32,000 nucleotides of DNA from Nitrosospira multiformis ATCC 25196 (GTDB lineage: Bacteria > Pseudomonadota > Gammaproteobacteria > Burkholderiales > Nitrosomonadaceae), in the NCBI RefSeq assembly GCF_000196355.1, contig NC_007614.1, forward strand, positions 2,100,001 to 2,132,000, given 5' to 3'. The position numbers were made by a program, and so were the translations under genes. Of this stretch, positions 8,501 through 17,505 are shown piece by piece. How positions within the stretch are numbered: the stretch's first letter is position 1; every line of letters begins with the position of its first letter. The notes beneath the pieces were generated by a model, which saw only the letters and a list, made by a program, of their open reading frames with translations, ran no database searches and had not been told where the DNA came from.

Positions 8501-10242
8501 AAATTCAGGTGGGGTTGCAGCAATTCGACGCAGCGATCGAATTCCCGCCGAAAAACCGCCTCTCCGTGGTAAAGCTCCCACGCCATATCGATATGCTGGG
8601 CACCCTGACCGGGGAAAAGAAAGACTATGGGGCGATTTTCCGATGCCACTTGTCCGGTAACAAAGCGGTCCGCAGGCTTCCTTTCCAAAACGCCGAGCGC
8701 TTCATTCCTGTCATGGCACAGCACTACTGCGCGGCAGGCAAAACCTTTTCTTCCCGTTTGAAGGGTATAAGCGGCATCGGCAAGGGGTAAACCGGGATGT
8801 GCGCGCAGATGCTCGTGCAATCCGGCAATCATCGCATCCAGCGCCGTGCGCGTGCGCGCCGAGAGTGTGAGCAACTGACAGGCGCGTGAGGAACTCACGG
8901 GCTCTACGGGCGGAGCTTCCTCGAGCACGACGTGCACATTGGTCCCCCCGATGCCGAAGGAACTCACTCCGGCGCGCCGTGGGGCCGATTCATTCGACCA
9001 ATGCCTGCTCTCCGTGTTGACGTAAAAAGGACTCGAGGAAAAATCGATTTGTGGATTGGGCTGCTCGAAATTCAGGCTGGGCGGAAGGGTTCGGTGCTTC
9101 ATTGCCAGGACGGTTTTGATCAGGCCGGCGACGCCTGCTGCTGCATCCAGGTGACCTACATTCGTCTTGACCGATCCGATGGCGCAGAATCCGCGCTTGT
9201 CCGTGCTTTCGCGGAAGGCTTGCGTGAGCGCCGCGATCTCGATCGGATCGCCGATCGTTGTTCCCGTGCCATGCGTCTCCACGTAGCTGATCGTGTCGGC
9301 ATCCACGCCGGCGATGGCTTGGGCAGCCAGAATCACTTCCGCCTGGCCTTCCACGCTCGGTGCAGTGTAGCCCACCTTGGCCGAACCATCGTTGTTGATT
9401 GCGGACCCTTTGATTACGGCATGAATCGTATCGCCATCGGCGAGGGCGTCCGCCAGCCGCTTGAGCACGACGATCCCCACCCCGCTCCCGATCACCGTGC
9501 CCGCCGCATTTGTATCAAACGCGCGGCAGTGGCCATCCGGCGACAGAATCGCTCCAGGCTGGTAGCGATAACCGCCTTCGTGCAACAGATTGACCCAGAC
9601 ACCCCCAGCCATTGCCATGTCCGCCTCGTGATTGAGCAGGCCACGGCAAGCGACATGCACGGCCGCGAGTGAAGTGGAACAGGCTGTCTGCACGGTAATC
9701 CCCGGTCCGCGCAGATTGAGCTTGTAGGAGACGGTCGTCGTCATGGAGTCCTTGTTGTTTCCATTCATCAACCCTTGCAGCGAAGAAATGTCGTGCATAT
9801 CCGAAAATCGACCGCTGGAAAACAGATTCAGCAGCAGGTAGGTGTTAACCCCGCAGCCGGCATAAACCCCGACCGGGACCCTGCAGTTCGAGGCGTCATA
9901 GCCGGCATCTTCCAGCGCCTGCCAGGCCACCTCCAGGAACAGCCGGTGCTGCGGGTCCGTTTCCGCTGCCTCGCGCGGGGTATAACCAAAGAAAGAGGCA
10001 TCGAAAAGATCGACGCCGGGCAGTTCGGCGCCCGCCTTGATATAGTGCGGATCTTCCAGAGTCTTGCGCGAAATCCCTCGCGCCAGGAGTTCCTCGTCGG
10101 TAAAGAAAGTAACGGACTCGACTCCATCCTGCAGATTGCGCCAGAAAGTATCCACGTTATCCGCGCCTGGAAACCGGCCCGCCATACCGATAATCGCGAT
10201 ATCGATATCGTCTCTTTCCGAAAACTCTTCCGTATGATCCAT
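5518..10242 (-). CDS. Type I polyketide synthase module KS-AT-KR-ACP
   Basis: 1574-aa ORF. KS about aa 13-440 (nt 8923-10206): TACSTSL, ETHGTGT, NVGHLDAAAG. AT about aa 538-850 (nt 7693-8631): FLFPGQGAQ, GHSVGEY, and HAFHS, the motif usually linked with malonyl-CoA. KR with its structural subdomain about aa 945-1445 (nt 5908-7410): Rossmann motif ITGGLGGIG, YCAANAYLD. ACP about aa 1495-1568 (nt 5539-5760): LFELGGDSL. No DH, ER or MT motifs seen. The start ATG shares one nt with the upstream stop (TAATG at 10244-10240). Confidence 0.95.
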   Translation of the reverse strand: MDHTEEFSERDDIDIAIIGMAGRFPGADNVDTFWRNLQDGVESVTFFTDEELLARGISRKTLEDPHYIKAGAELPGVDLFDASFFGYTPREAAETDPQHRLFLEVAWQALEDAGYDASNCRVPVGVYAGCGVNTYLLLNLFSSGRFSDMHDISSLQGLMNGNNKDSMTTTVSYKLNLRGPGITVQTACSTSLAAVHVACRGLLNHEADMAMAGGVWVNLLHEGGYRYQPGAILSPDGHCRAFDTNAAGTVIGSGVGIVVLKRLADALADGDTIHAVIKGSAINNDGSAKVGYTAPSVEGQAEVILAAQAIAGVDADTISYVETHGTGTTIGDPIEIAALTQAFRESTDKRGFCAIGSVKTNVGHLDAAAGVAGLIKTVLAMKHRTLPPSLNFEQPNPQIDFSSSPFYVNTESRHWSNESAPRRAGVSSFGIGGTNVHVVLEEAPPVEPVSSSRACQLLTLSARTRTALDAMIAGLHEHLRAHPGLPLADAAYTLQTGRKGFACRAVVLCHDRNEALGVLERKPADRFVTGQVASENRPIVFLFPGQGAQHIDMAWELYHGEAVFRREFDRCVELLQPHLNFDLRTALYPNLDPNLEGGDEARKKELSARLEQTEVTQPALFAVEYALAQLWMSWGIQPAAMIGHSVGEYVAACLAGIFSLKDALRLVALRGRLLQQTETGAMLAVMLPEAEITPYLSESCDLAAVNGPELCVLSGPVAAIEALETDLRNKGVEARRLHVSHAFHSAQVEPMLPAFMELISAMELHPPQIPFLSNLSGDWITSQEATDPGYWRQHVRGTVRFDDGLRELLGNPNRILLEVGPGETLTTLARRHSEAKPEHLILSSLPHPGRANQSQAHFYLCLGRLWLAGVDIDWRSFYADERRRRVSLPTYPFERQSYWIKPGNQKTAKTAKAVGEEDRPRLMAGLEPGARRQVRDNAGPVVRPLDEWFYTPSWRRSDSIEQESILLDQGRSFILFADDHPFGVALTGHLLTLGIKPIVVSAGPAFYRQDKDHYVVRPGERQDYDLLLRNIDEDGRTLGHIFHLWSLTGNGGGRIYRESQVENQVEIEARNFFSLFYLAQALESAKQVIPSEAKVEIMVITDQFEDVTGSESLRPEKALLLGPCKVIPQEYAYLSCRLVDIELPAGDGTAKNRLVHQIVAESQAEPVSSMVAYRGPHRWIQTFEPIQCGKPGKAHLRLRNGGVYLITGGLGGIGLTLAEHLTRNYRAKLVLMGRSLLPAREQWSNVISAAEKADRTRSKIEKVMHLEALGAEVLVLQADVAIQAELKTAVTQAYEHFGAIHGVIHSAGEVGTDLISVKNGGEVAKVFAPKVQGTQALQAVFRDASLDFMLLCSSLAAIAGGLSKVDYCAANAYLDAVARGATRSAHSGFTFPVISVNWDGWRDVGMAANMAMPEGMGISPREGAEAFEHIVNNVVRPQVIVSTLDLHARLNQTQEDLVTLVGEPFALAENGQHEQGGQPHYPRPALDTAFVAPESDLEKSIAEIWQSLLGMDAVGIHDNLFELGGDSLLGIQLLSRVRAVFGIDMRPADFFRSPTVAGLAELVETKLLDEIECL

Positions 10243-13200
10243 TAATGCGTCCTCCCTGCTCTCTGCCTGCGTTGTATGAACGTCGCTCTCTGCCGCTGCG
10301 CCCGTTCCTGATGGCGCTGCAAGGGCAGACGCCCCTTATCCGCCTGCCTGTCCTCCTGGCCGAGAAATTTGGCCAGGCTCGCGACGGTGGTATATCTGAA
10401 AAGATCGATGATGGCGATGCGTGTTTTCAACCGCTCTTCCAGTTTGCATTGCACCTTGATGAGCAGCAGCGAATGCCCGCCCAGATCGAAAAAATTGTTG
10501 TGCAGCCCCACTCGGGGTAGCTCCAGGACTTCCGCCCAGATCTCCGAAATCATCGTTTCCACGGCATTGACGGGCGTCTGATAGGCCGCCTCATCGATCT
10601 GCTCCGCCAGGGGCAAGGGCAACGCCTGGCGATCGACCTTGCCATTGGGGTTGAGCGGCAGACTATCGAGCAGCACAAACGAACCAGGCAGCATGTAATC
10701 CGGAAGCACAGCAGCCAGGGCAGTCTTGAGCATGGATGCATTGAGTGTTACGCCGTGATGCGCGGCGACGTAGGCGATGAGACGCGTTCCATTGCGGCTT
10801 TCCTTTGCCACTACCGCCGCCTCGCGAACTCCGGGCTGGGCCAGCAACTGCCCCTCGATTTCGCCCAGTTCAACCCGAAAGCCGCGAAGCTTGACCTGGT
10901 GATCGAGTCGGCCCAAGTATTCGAGTTGGCCGCCATTGTCCTCATTGCGCCAGCGCACGCGATCCCCCGTGCGGTAAAGGCGGCTCCCATCCGGTGCGAA
11001 AGGATCGGCAACGAAGCGGTCTGCGGTGAGACCGGGACGATCAAGGTATCCGCGGGCAAGTCCTGTCCCACCGATATAGAGTTCTCCGGCACAGCCGGGA
11101 GGCATGATATTCAAGTCCTCATCGAGTACGTACAACTTGCGATCTCCAACGGCACGGCCGATGGGCGCGAACTCGTGGAGAATACGAACCTCAGCGGTTT
11201 CAGACGCATGGGCTACCCAGGCGGCTGGAGTGATGACCGTTTCGGTAGGCCCGTACGCGTTGACCAGCCGGGCTTGCGGAAGAGCCGCCTGCGTTGCGGC
11301 CAGGTCGGCTGCAAACCATGCTTCGCCGCCGGCTATGCAAGTGCGTACCGACGGGGCACCGTCCTGCATCAAGGGAAGCAGCATCCGTAGATAAGCGGGC
11401 GGCAAGTGCAGCGTGGTGATGCTGTGCTTTCCGATCTGATCGACGAAACCGTCGCCAGCAAGATCCCGTGTCGATGAAAGGACAAGCGTCCCACCTTCGC
11501 ACAAGGGCGTGATCCACTGTTCCGCAGCCGCATCGAAATTCATCGAGAAAAACATGAGTTCGCGATCGCCAGGACGTACGTCGTAGATTTCCCTGATCGC
11601 TGCCAGATGCATTGCCAGGGGACCATGGCTTACTCCTACTCCTTTCGGTCTGCCGGTCGATCCGGATGTATAGATGACATAAGCGAGATTGTCGGGATGT
11701 AACGCAATCTCCGGGTTGGTCTCTGCTACCCCCTTCACGTCGACGCTATCCAGTTCCAGCACCGAAAGCTTTTCCGAATCGGGGATACGGTTCCTGAGAG
11801 GGGATTGCGTCAACAGCAACCGGATGCCGCTATCCTCAACCAGATAGTCGAGGCGTTCGCGCGGATAGTCGGGATCGAGCGGTACATATGCTCCTCCTGC
11901 CTTGAGAATGCCCAGCAGGCCGACGATCATCTCGATGGAACGTTCTACCGTAATGCCAACCTTTACTTCCGCTTTGACTCCCAGAGCGATTAAATGGTGT
12001 GCGAGCCGGTTTGAGCGACAGTTCAGCTCCTGGTAGGTTATTTCGGTATCGTTGAAAATCAGGGCGCAGACGTTCGGGCGTTCTTCCGCCTGGCGCTCTA
12101 TGCGCCGATGTACAGGTTCATGGGCCGCATGACGGGCAGCTTCATGGGCGGCTGGATGAGCAGATCGATCGAACACCGCGCTACCTGAAAGGTGCGCTCC
12201 AGCATTCGCCCCCCATGCTCCCCATGCTCCGAGCTGCGCCATATCGCTCTCGCTCAACAGAGGCACATCGCCGATGGTTATTTCCGGCTGCCCGGCCAGT
12301 GCCCGCAACAGAGCCACATACTGGCGTCCGAGGCGCTCGATCGTGCGGATATCGAAGAGCTCTGACGCATAGATGAAGCTTGCACGCACGTTTCCATCGG
12401 GTGATTCGATCGTTTCCAGCGTCAGCTCGAACTGTGCAGCCTGCTCGCCCAACGGATAGTCAACGATCTTCAGCTCCTTGATTTGATCGAGCTTGCGTCG
12501 GTCGCTTACCAGATGATTAAGGGTCACCTGGAACAGCGGCGTCCGGCTCAGGCTTCTCTCCGGCTGCAATGCCTCAACCAACTGCTCGAAGGGCAAATCC
12601 TGGTGTGCCTGGGCGTCGATTGCCGCCTCCCTGACCTGCGCGAGCAGGGTTGACAAAGCCATGCGGCTGTCGATCTTCCCGCGCAGTACCTGGGTATTCA
12701 CGAAAAAACCGACGATGCCTCTGGTTTCAGTCCGGTTGCGATTGGCGACCGGCACGCCGACACGAATATCCTTTTGTCCCGTGAGGCGATAGAGCAAAGC
12801 TTGAAAACCCGCCATCAGCGCCATGAAAAGGGTCGCACTGCGGTTATCCGGGCGTTGGGCAAGGCTTCGCAGCCTGCTCAGCACATCCGGCGGCAGGTCG
12901 AAAGAATGATGTGCCGCCTGATAATTTGCCACAGGCCGCCGCGGATGATCGGCCGGCAATTCCAATACCGGATGTTCGGTGCCCAGGCAATCACGCCAGT
13001 AGGCCAGTTGCCTGTCTTTCTCGCCTGCTTCCAGCCAGTTGCGCTGCCACTCGGCATAGTCCGCGTAGCGGATGGGTAACGGGTCGAACTGCGGCAACTG
13101 CCCTTGGGCATGAGCCATATACCCGATGGCGAGCTCGTCAAGCAACACCTGCATCGAGGCACCATCGGAGATGATGTGATGCATGGCCATAACCAGGATG

Positions 13201-15647
13201 TGCTCATCCTGCGTCAGCCGGATCAGGACTACTCGCAGCAACGGGCCCTGTGTCAGATCGAAGGGATCCGAAATGATCCGGTCGGCCTCCTCTTTCGCAT
13301 ACGCTTCACGCACAAAGGCGGGAGTGTCGTCCAGATGGATGTGTGGAATATGCAACCGCACTGCCGGTTGGATCACCTGCTCCGCGGAACCTTCCGCTCC
13401 TGTCCGGAAAACGGTACGCAAGGATTCGTGGCGCGCGGCCAGCCCATCAAGGCTGGCCTGCAACGCCTGGGCATCCAGGGAGCCTGACAATCGCAACGCC
13501 TGCTTGATGTGATAGGCGGTGGATGTCCGGTCCAGTTGCCAAAGGAACCAGAGACGCTGTTGACCAAAGGAGAGCGGTGCCGCATCGGCTGCTCCAATCC
13601 TCCTTGCGGTGGAAAGAATGCGGATGCTGGCAGTGCGTCTGGGAGTGCCAACCGACAGTACGCGCTTGATTTCCTCTGCGCACTCGCGCAACTTTGGATT
13701 CTCGAACAGGCTGCGGAGCGTGAAATCGATCTGCCAATGCTCAGCAATACGCGCCACAGCCTGAACTGCCGAGAGTGAGCTTCCGCCGCTGGCAAAAAAA
13801 TGATCCTCGCGCCCCAACCCACGGCGATTCAACACGGTTTCCCAGAGGCCCGCGAGCGAAATTTCGACGTCATCCGTCAGCGTGAGTACGGGCCGAACGC
13901 TGCCGCCCAGCACGAAATTGCCAAACTCATAGACGGCATATGCGTCCAGGGTGCGCTCGCGCCAGCCTTGGCGGCAGGCTGCGCGCTGCAATTTTCCGCT
14001 GGAAGTCTTGGGCAATCCTCCCGGATTCAGTAGTACCACCACCGAGAGCGGCTCATGGCAGCTTCCGCTCACGGCCTCACTCAACGCCTGCACCAGAGTT
14101 TCAACGGCGATAAGCTTCTGCATGCCGCGGGATATCTCCACGGCCATGCCGATTCCTTCCCCGTTTTCGGTTTCTACCGAAAACGCGGCCACCCTTCCCT
14201 TCCGGGCGGCCTCCACTTCATCCTCGATCACTTGCTCGAGGTCCTGCGGGTAGACGTTCTGCCCCCTTATGATGATGAGATCCTTGCGCCTTCCTGCAAT
14301 GTATAACTGTCCATCATGTATGAAGCCAAGGTCTCCGGTGCGGAGCCAACGTCCCCCCTCGCGGGAAACAAAAGTTTCGGCTGTCTCCTCTGGTTTTCGC
14401 CAGTAGCCGCAAGCCAGACTGGCACCATCCGTCCAGATCTCTCCGATCGTACCATCGGGCAATTGGACACCTGTTTCCGGATCTACAACCCTCACCGTAT
14501 GACCGGAAGCCGGCACACCGCAAGCTACCAGAGAGGTTCCCTGCTCCGCCACTTCGACCTTGCCTTGCGCGAGCAGCTGGGTAGAGAAGCAATGTGCCTC
14601 CATGCCGTCTCCACGCGTCCCACCGGTGACAAAAAGCGTTGCTTCGGCCAGGCCGTAACAGGGATAAATTGTGCCAGGTGGAAATCCTGCCGGTGCGAAG
14701 CGTTCGATAAATGCTTTCATCGTTTCCCGGCGTACCGGTTCGGCACCCGAAAAGGCGACACGCCAGCTCGACAAATCGAGCTCTTGTAGCTGAGCATCGC
14801 TTACCCGGTCCGCACAGAGTTGAAACGCAAAATTGGGCGCGCCACTCACCGTCGCACGGTAGTGCGAAATGGCTTTCAACCATCGTACCGGTCGTTCGAT
14901 AAAAAATCGGGGCGTCATCAGCACGACAGGAATGCCCCGATGGATGGGTTGCAGCAAGCCGCCGATCAGACCCATATCGTGATACAGCGGCAACCAGCTC
15001 ACGAATATGTCGTTTGCATTGATCGACATGCCCTCCTCGAACACTCTCGTATTTGTCATCAGGCTGCCGTGGCTCACCATCACCCCTTTGGGCGTAGATG
15101 TAGACCCCGAGGTATATTGCAAAAACGCGATATCTCCCTCTGCGGGAGAACATTCACGCCATGCGGAGGCGTTATCGCATTTCACCGTGTCCACAGTCAG
15201 CACGATCGCATAAGAAAACTGTTCCACCGCGGCACGAGCAATCAAGGGCATAATTTCGCTCGTGGTCAATATGCAGCGTGCCTCAGCATCGGCTGCAATG
15301 GCGAGCAGGCGTGCCAGATGCCGTTCTCGCACCATCTCCGGCGGAAAAACGGGCACAGCGATGAGGCCTGCATAAAGACAGGCGAAGAAGCCGATTACGT
15401 AATGCTCATCATTTTCCATGAGCAACAGGGCGCGTTCGCCTGCCGAAAAACGGTCCTGCAAAATGGCTGCGAGTGCACGAACATGTTGATCCAATGTTCT
15501 ATAGTCGAATGCTTTTTCCACGGCTCCCTCGCCTTCCTGGCCCATTACCGTCAAGGCGAGGTCTGTGGGACGTGCCAACGCGAGATTACGGAGATGCGTC
15601 ACCAGGTTTTGGGGGTAAATGCGGTGAAAAATTGACCTTGGCGTCAT
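10242..15647 (-). CDS. Hybrid loading/elongation NRPS: fatty acyl-AMP ligase (FAAL)-ACP-C-A-T
   Basis: 1801-aa ORF. FAAL-like adenylation domain about aa 20-575 (nt 13923-15590): FLQYTSGSTSTPKGVMVSH, YGLAEATL, WLRTGDLGF, GRRKDLIIIRGQNVYPQDLE. ACP about aa 592-665 (nt 13653-13874): FFASGGSSLS. C about aa 688-1130 (nt 12258-13586): LSFGQQRLWFLWQL, MHHIISDGAS. A about aa 1180-1680 (nt 10608-12110): YVIYTSGSTGRPKG, NAYGPTE, GELYIGGTGLARGY, YRTGDRVRW, NPNGKVDR. T about aa 1693-1762 (nt 10362-10571): FFDLGGHSL. Arg/Gln-rich C-terminal tail. Confidence 0.95.
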   Translation of the reverse strand: MTPRSIFHRIYPQNLVTHLRNLALARPTDLALTVMGQEGEGAVEKAFDYRTLDQHVRALAAILQDRFSAGERALLLMENDEHYVIGFFACLYAGLIAVPVFPPEMVRERHLARLLAIAADAEARCILTTSEIMPLIARAAVEQFSYAIVLTVDTVKCDNASAWRECSPAEGDIAFLQYTSGSTSTPKGVMVSHGSLMTNTRVFEEGMSINANDIFVSWLPLYHDMGLIGGLLQPIHRGIPVVLMTPRFFIERPVRWLKAISHYRATVSGAPNFAFQLCADRVSDAQLQELDLSSWRVAFSGAEPVRRETMKAFIERFAPAGFPPGTIYPCYGLAEATLFVTGGTRGDGMEAHCFSTQLLAQGKVEVAEQGTSLVACGVPASGHTVRVVDPETGVQLPDGTIGEIWTDGASLACGYWRKPEETAETFVSREGGRWLRTGDLGFIHDGQLYIAGRRKDLIIIRGQNVYPQDLEQVIEDEVEAARKGRVAAFSVETENGEGIGMAVEISRGMQKLIAVETLVQALSEAVSGSCHEPLSVVVLLNPGGLPKTSSGKLQRAACRQGWRERTLDAYAVYEFGNFVLGGSVRPVLTLTDDVEISLAGLWETVLNRRGLGREDHFFASGGSSLSAVQAVARIAEHWQIDFTLRSLFENPKLRECAEEIKRVLSVGTPRRTASIRILSTARRIGAADAAPLSFGQQRLWFLWQLDRTSTAYHIKQALRLSGSLDAQALQASLDGLAARHESLRTVFRTGAEGSAEQVIQPAVRLHIPHIHLDDTPAFVREAYAKEEADRIISDPFDLTQGPLLRVVLIRLTQDEHILVMAMHHIISDGASMQVLLDELAIGYMAHAQGQLPQFDPLPIRYADYAEWQRNWLEAGEKDRQLAYWRDCLGTEHPVLELPADHPRRPVANYQAAHHSFDLPPDVLSRLRSLAQRPDNRSATLFMALMAGFQALLYRLTGQKDIRVGVPVANRNRTETRGIVGFFVNTQVLRGKIDSRMALSTLLAQVREAAIDAQAHQDLPFEQLVEALQPERSLSRTPLFQVTLNHLVSDRRKLDQIKELKIVDYPLGEQAAQFELTLETIESPDGNVRASFIYASELFDIRTIERLGRQYVALLRALAGQPEITIGDVPLLSESDMAQLGAWGAWGANAGAHLSGSAVFDRSAHPAAHEAARHAAHEPVHRRIERQAEERPNVCALIFNDTEITYQELNCRSNRLAHHLIALGVKAEVKVGITVERSIEMIVGLLGILKAGGAYVPLDPDYPRERLDYLVEDSGIRLLLTQSPLRNRIPDSEKLSVLELDSVDVKGVAETNPEIALHPDNLAYVIYTSGSTGRPKGVGVSHGPLAMHLAAIREIYDVRPGDRELMFFSMNFDAAAEQWITPLCEGGTLVLSSTRDLAGDGFVDQIGKHSITTLHLPPAYLRMLLPLMQDGAPSVRTCIAGGEAWFAADLAATQAALPQARLVNAYGPTETVITPAAWVAHASETAEVRILHEFAPIGRAVGDRKLYVLDEDLNIMPPGCAGELYIGGTGLARGYLDRPGLTADRFVADPFAPDGSRLYRTGDRVRWRNEDNGGQLEYLGRLDHQVKLRGFRVELGEIEGQLLAQPGVREAAVVAKESRNGTRLIAYVAAHHGVTLNASMLKTALAAVLPDYMLPGSFVLLDSLPLNPNGKVDRQALPLPLAEQIDEAAYQTPVNAVETMISEIWAEVLELPRVGLHNNFFDLGGHSLLLIKVQCKLEERLKTRIAIIDLFRYTTVASLAKFLGQEDRQADKGRLPLQRHQERAQRQRATFIQRRQRAGRTH

Positions 15648-15683
15648 AGTGAAACCTTTCAGTGGACTGACTTTGAAACCTTT

Positions 15684-16526
15684 TCAGGCGTGATCTATCT
15701 GGCGAACGGAATGATCGCAAGCCTGCGGAGATGCACCCCGATCTTGGCAGGGCTCCAGGCTTGACAGGGGAAGCCAGGATGTCTGTCGAGACACTTCCCG
15801 GCTTTTCCCTTGGGTTGAAGCCCGGTCATGAGTCTGGAATGCGAGAGCCGCTGCATAGCCATCGGATACCGGAAGGCGCCAGGCTTGTATTTCCGGCCAC
15901 TCCGGGGAATCATGCGCAATCTGGTAAGCCTCGTCGTCCCGGGGCAGAATGGACACGGATTGCAGGTGTTCGGAGATGCCCAATCCCAAGGCTTTCAGCA
16001 CGGATTCCTTCGCTACCCAGTGCTGGATGAAATCTTTGGAGGTCTGCAACGCAAGGTGGCGCTCCAATGGAGAAAAGACGTAGGCCGCGAGCTCCTCGAG
16101 GTTTTTAGCATTGAGGACGCGCTCTTCGCATTCGATATCGACGCCGACCGGTCCGCTGGTCGAAAGAGCAATCAGGGCGCAACAACCGGCATGAGAAACA
16201 TTGAACTCGATCTCTGGCTCACCTTCCAGCCGCGGCTTGCCATATGGATTGACCACGAAGCGCAGCTGGTCGGGCGGCAACATCAACCGCGCTCCGACAA
16301 GTCGCCGCAGCGCGGCACGGGTTGCGACGGACCGCACACGGTCTTCTTGCCGCCGAAACCGTTGCGCATGCGCACGCTCTTCTGCAGATAACAACGCCAG
16401 TTCGGCATCCGGCACCGAGAGCCCAACATCAAGCTCGAGCAACCACACTTCCATGCCATCCGGAATGCGCTCGGACAGCGGCAAGCGCCTTATGGGAGAC
16501 CTTAGTGGATACCTTATGGAATACAT
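15684..16526 (-). CDS. 4'-phosphopantetheinyl transferase (Sfp/EntD type)
   Basis: Motifs FNVSHAG, GVDIE, WVAKESVLKALG. The longest ORF starts at 16526, overlapping the thioesterase stop by 13 nt. An internal ATG at 16454 (MEVWLLELD...) is an equally plausible start. Confidence 0.85.
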   Translation of the reverse strand: MYSIRYPLRSPIRRLPLSERIPDGMEVWLLELDVGLSVPDAELALLSAEERAHAQRFRRQEDRVRSVATRAALRRLVGARLMLPPDQLRFVVNPYGKPRLEGEPEIEFNVSHAGCCALIALSTSGPVGVDIECEERVLNAKNLEELAAYVFSPLERHLALQTSKDFIQHWVAKESVLKALGLGISEHLQSVSILPRDDEAYQIAHDSPEWPEIQAWRLPVSDGYAAALAFQTHDRASTQGKSREVSRQTSWLPLSSLEPCQDRGASPQACDHSVRQIDHA

Positions 16527-17278
16527 AGGGACATATCAGCAGGTTCTCGATGTGCTTCCTGATATACCTCTGGACGGTATAGAGCCATTCTCTGGACGAG
16601 CACGGGAAGAAAGGCCTCTTCGTGCTGACGGAGAAAGAAATGCCCTCCTTCAAACAGATCCAGTGACAACTCTTCTGTAGTTTCGGATTGCCATGCTTCC
16701 AGTTTCGACTCATGAATTTCATCGCCCCGGCCCCCAAAAACATGAATCGGCAGCGGCAAAGGCAAGGATTGCGTGTGGCGAAAGCTCGCGCAGATGCGGT
16801 AGTCCGCACGCAGCAGGCTGAGCGTCAGGGACAACAACTCCGGGCTCTCGAACACCTCTTCCGGTGTCCCTTTCTGCTTGCGCAGATCAGCAATGAGCGA
16901 CGCGTCGGCATTCTTGTCCGCATAACGCCGCCAGTCCTGCCGGGAGGGTGCGGCACAGCCCGACACAAACAGGGCAAGAGGCAAGGGTCTTTCTCTCTTG
17001 CGCAAGGAATGGGCAATTCCGAAAGCGAGCAGCGCTCCCATGCTGTGCCCGAAGAATGCGTATCGACGGGGCGGGCACGCCTCGATCTCATCCGTTAGGC
17101 GCTCGACCAGTGAAGGGAAGCTTTTCGCGAACATTTCATCCAGGCGGCCTCCACGACCCGGCAGCTCGACCGGTTCCACTTGCACCCAGGAAGGCAATCT
17201 GCGCCGCCAGCGCAGATACATGACCGAGCTCGCGCCTGCGCATGGCAGCGCGAAAAGTGTCAGGATCGGGGACATCAC
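16514..17278 (-). CDS. Type II (editing) thioesterase
   Basis: 254 aa. Alpha/beta-hydrolase nucleophile elbow GHSMGA, N-terminal [11 protein letters not shown]-terminal GGHFFL. These are typical of NRPS/PKS-associated TEII proteins. The start overlaps the stop of the upstream MbtH-like gene by 4 nt. Confidence 0.9.
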   Translation of the reverse strand: MMSPILTLFALPCAGASSVMYLRWRRRLPSWVQVEPVELPGRGGRLDEMFAKSFPSLVERLTDEIEACPPRRYAFFGHSMGALLAFGIAHSLRKRERPLPLALFVSGCAAPSRQDWRRYADKNADASLIADLRKQKGTPEEVFESPELLSLTLSLLRADYRICASFRHTQSLPLPLPIHVFGGRGDEIHESKLEAWQSETTEELSLDLFEGGHFFLRQHEEAFLPVLVQRMALYRPEVYQEAHREPADMSLCIP

Positions 17279-17505
17279 CTGGCTTCAGCGGGACATTGTT
17301 CGTCCATGAAGCGCCGCAGGCTGAGGGGGCGCATATCCGTCCAGACTTTCTCTACATGTTCCAGGCAGGTTTTCTTGTCTCCCAGCACTCCGGTGTCCCG
17401 CCATCCTCCCGGAATGGCTTTCCACTCCGGCCAGATGGAGTACTGCTCTTCATGATTGACCAGCACGCGAAATGTCCCGTCTTCGCGGTCGAAGCAACTT
17501 GTCAT
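17275..17505 (-). CDS. MbtH-like protein
   Basis: [24 protein letters not shown]...[17 protein letters not shown] matches the MbtH signature (three conserved Trp, SxWP, PxGW, WTDxRP). I prefer the ATG at 17505 because an AAGGGGA Shine-Dalgarno sequence lies 6 nt upstream. The longest ORF starts at 17550. Confidence 0.9.
   Translation of the reverse strand: MTSCFDREDGTFRVLVNHEEQYSIWPEWKAIPGGWRDTGVLGDKKTCLEHVEKVWTDMRPLSLRRFMDEQCPAEAR

Noticed and set aside
5647-15635. Other ORFs inside or antisense to the PKS and NRPS genes, for example 6775..7329, 8932..9672, 9775..10245, 10755..11390, 14314..15153 (279 aa, minus, alternative frame) and 14820..15635 (271 aa).
   Set aside because: All are fully embedded in the 1574-aa and 1801-aa megasynthase frames, which carry complete ordered core motifs. 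The embedded ORFs show no domain signatures.
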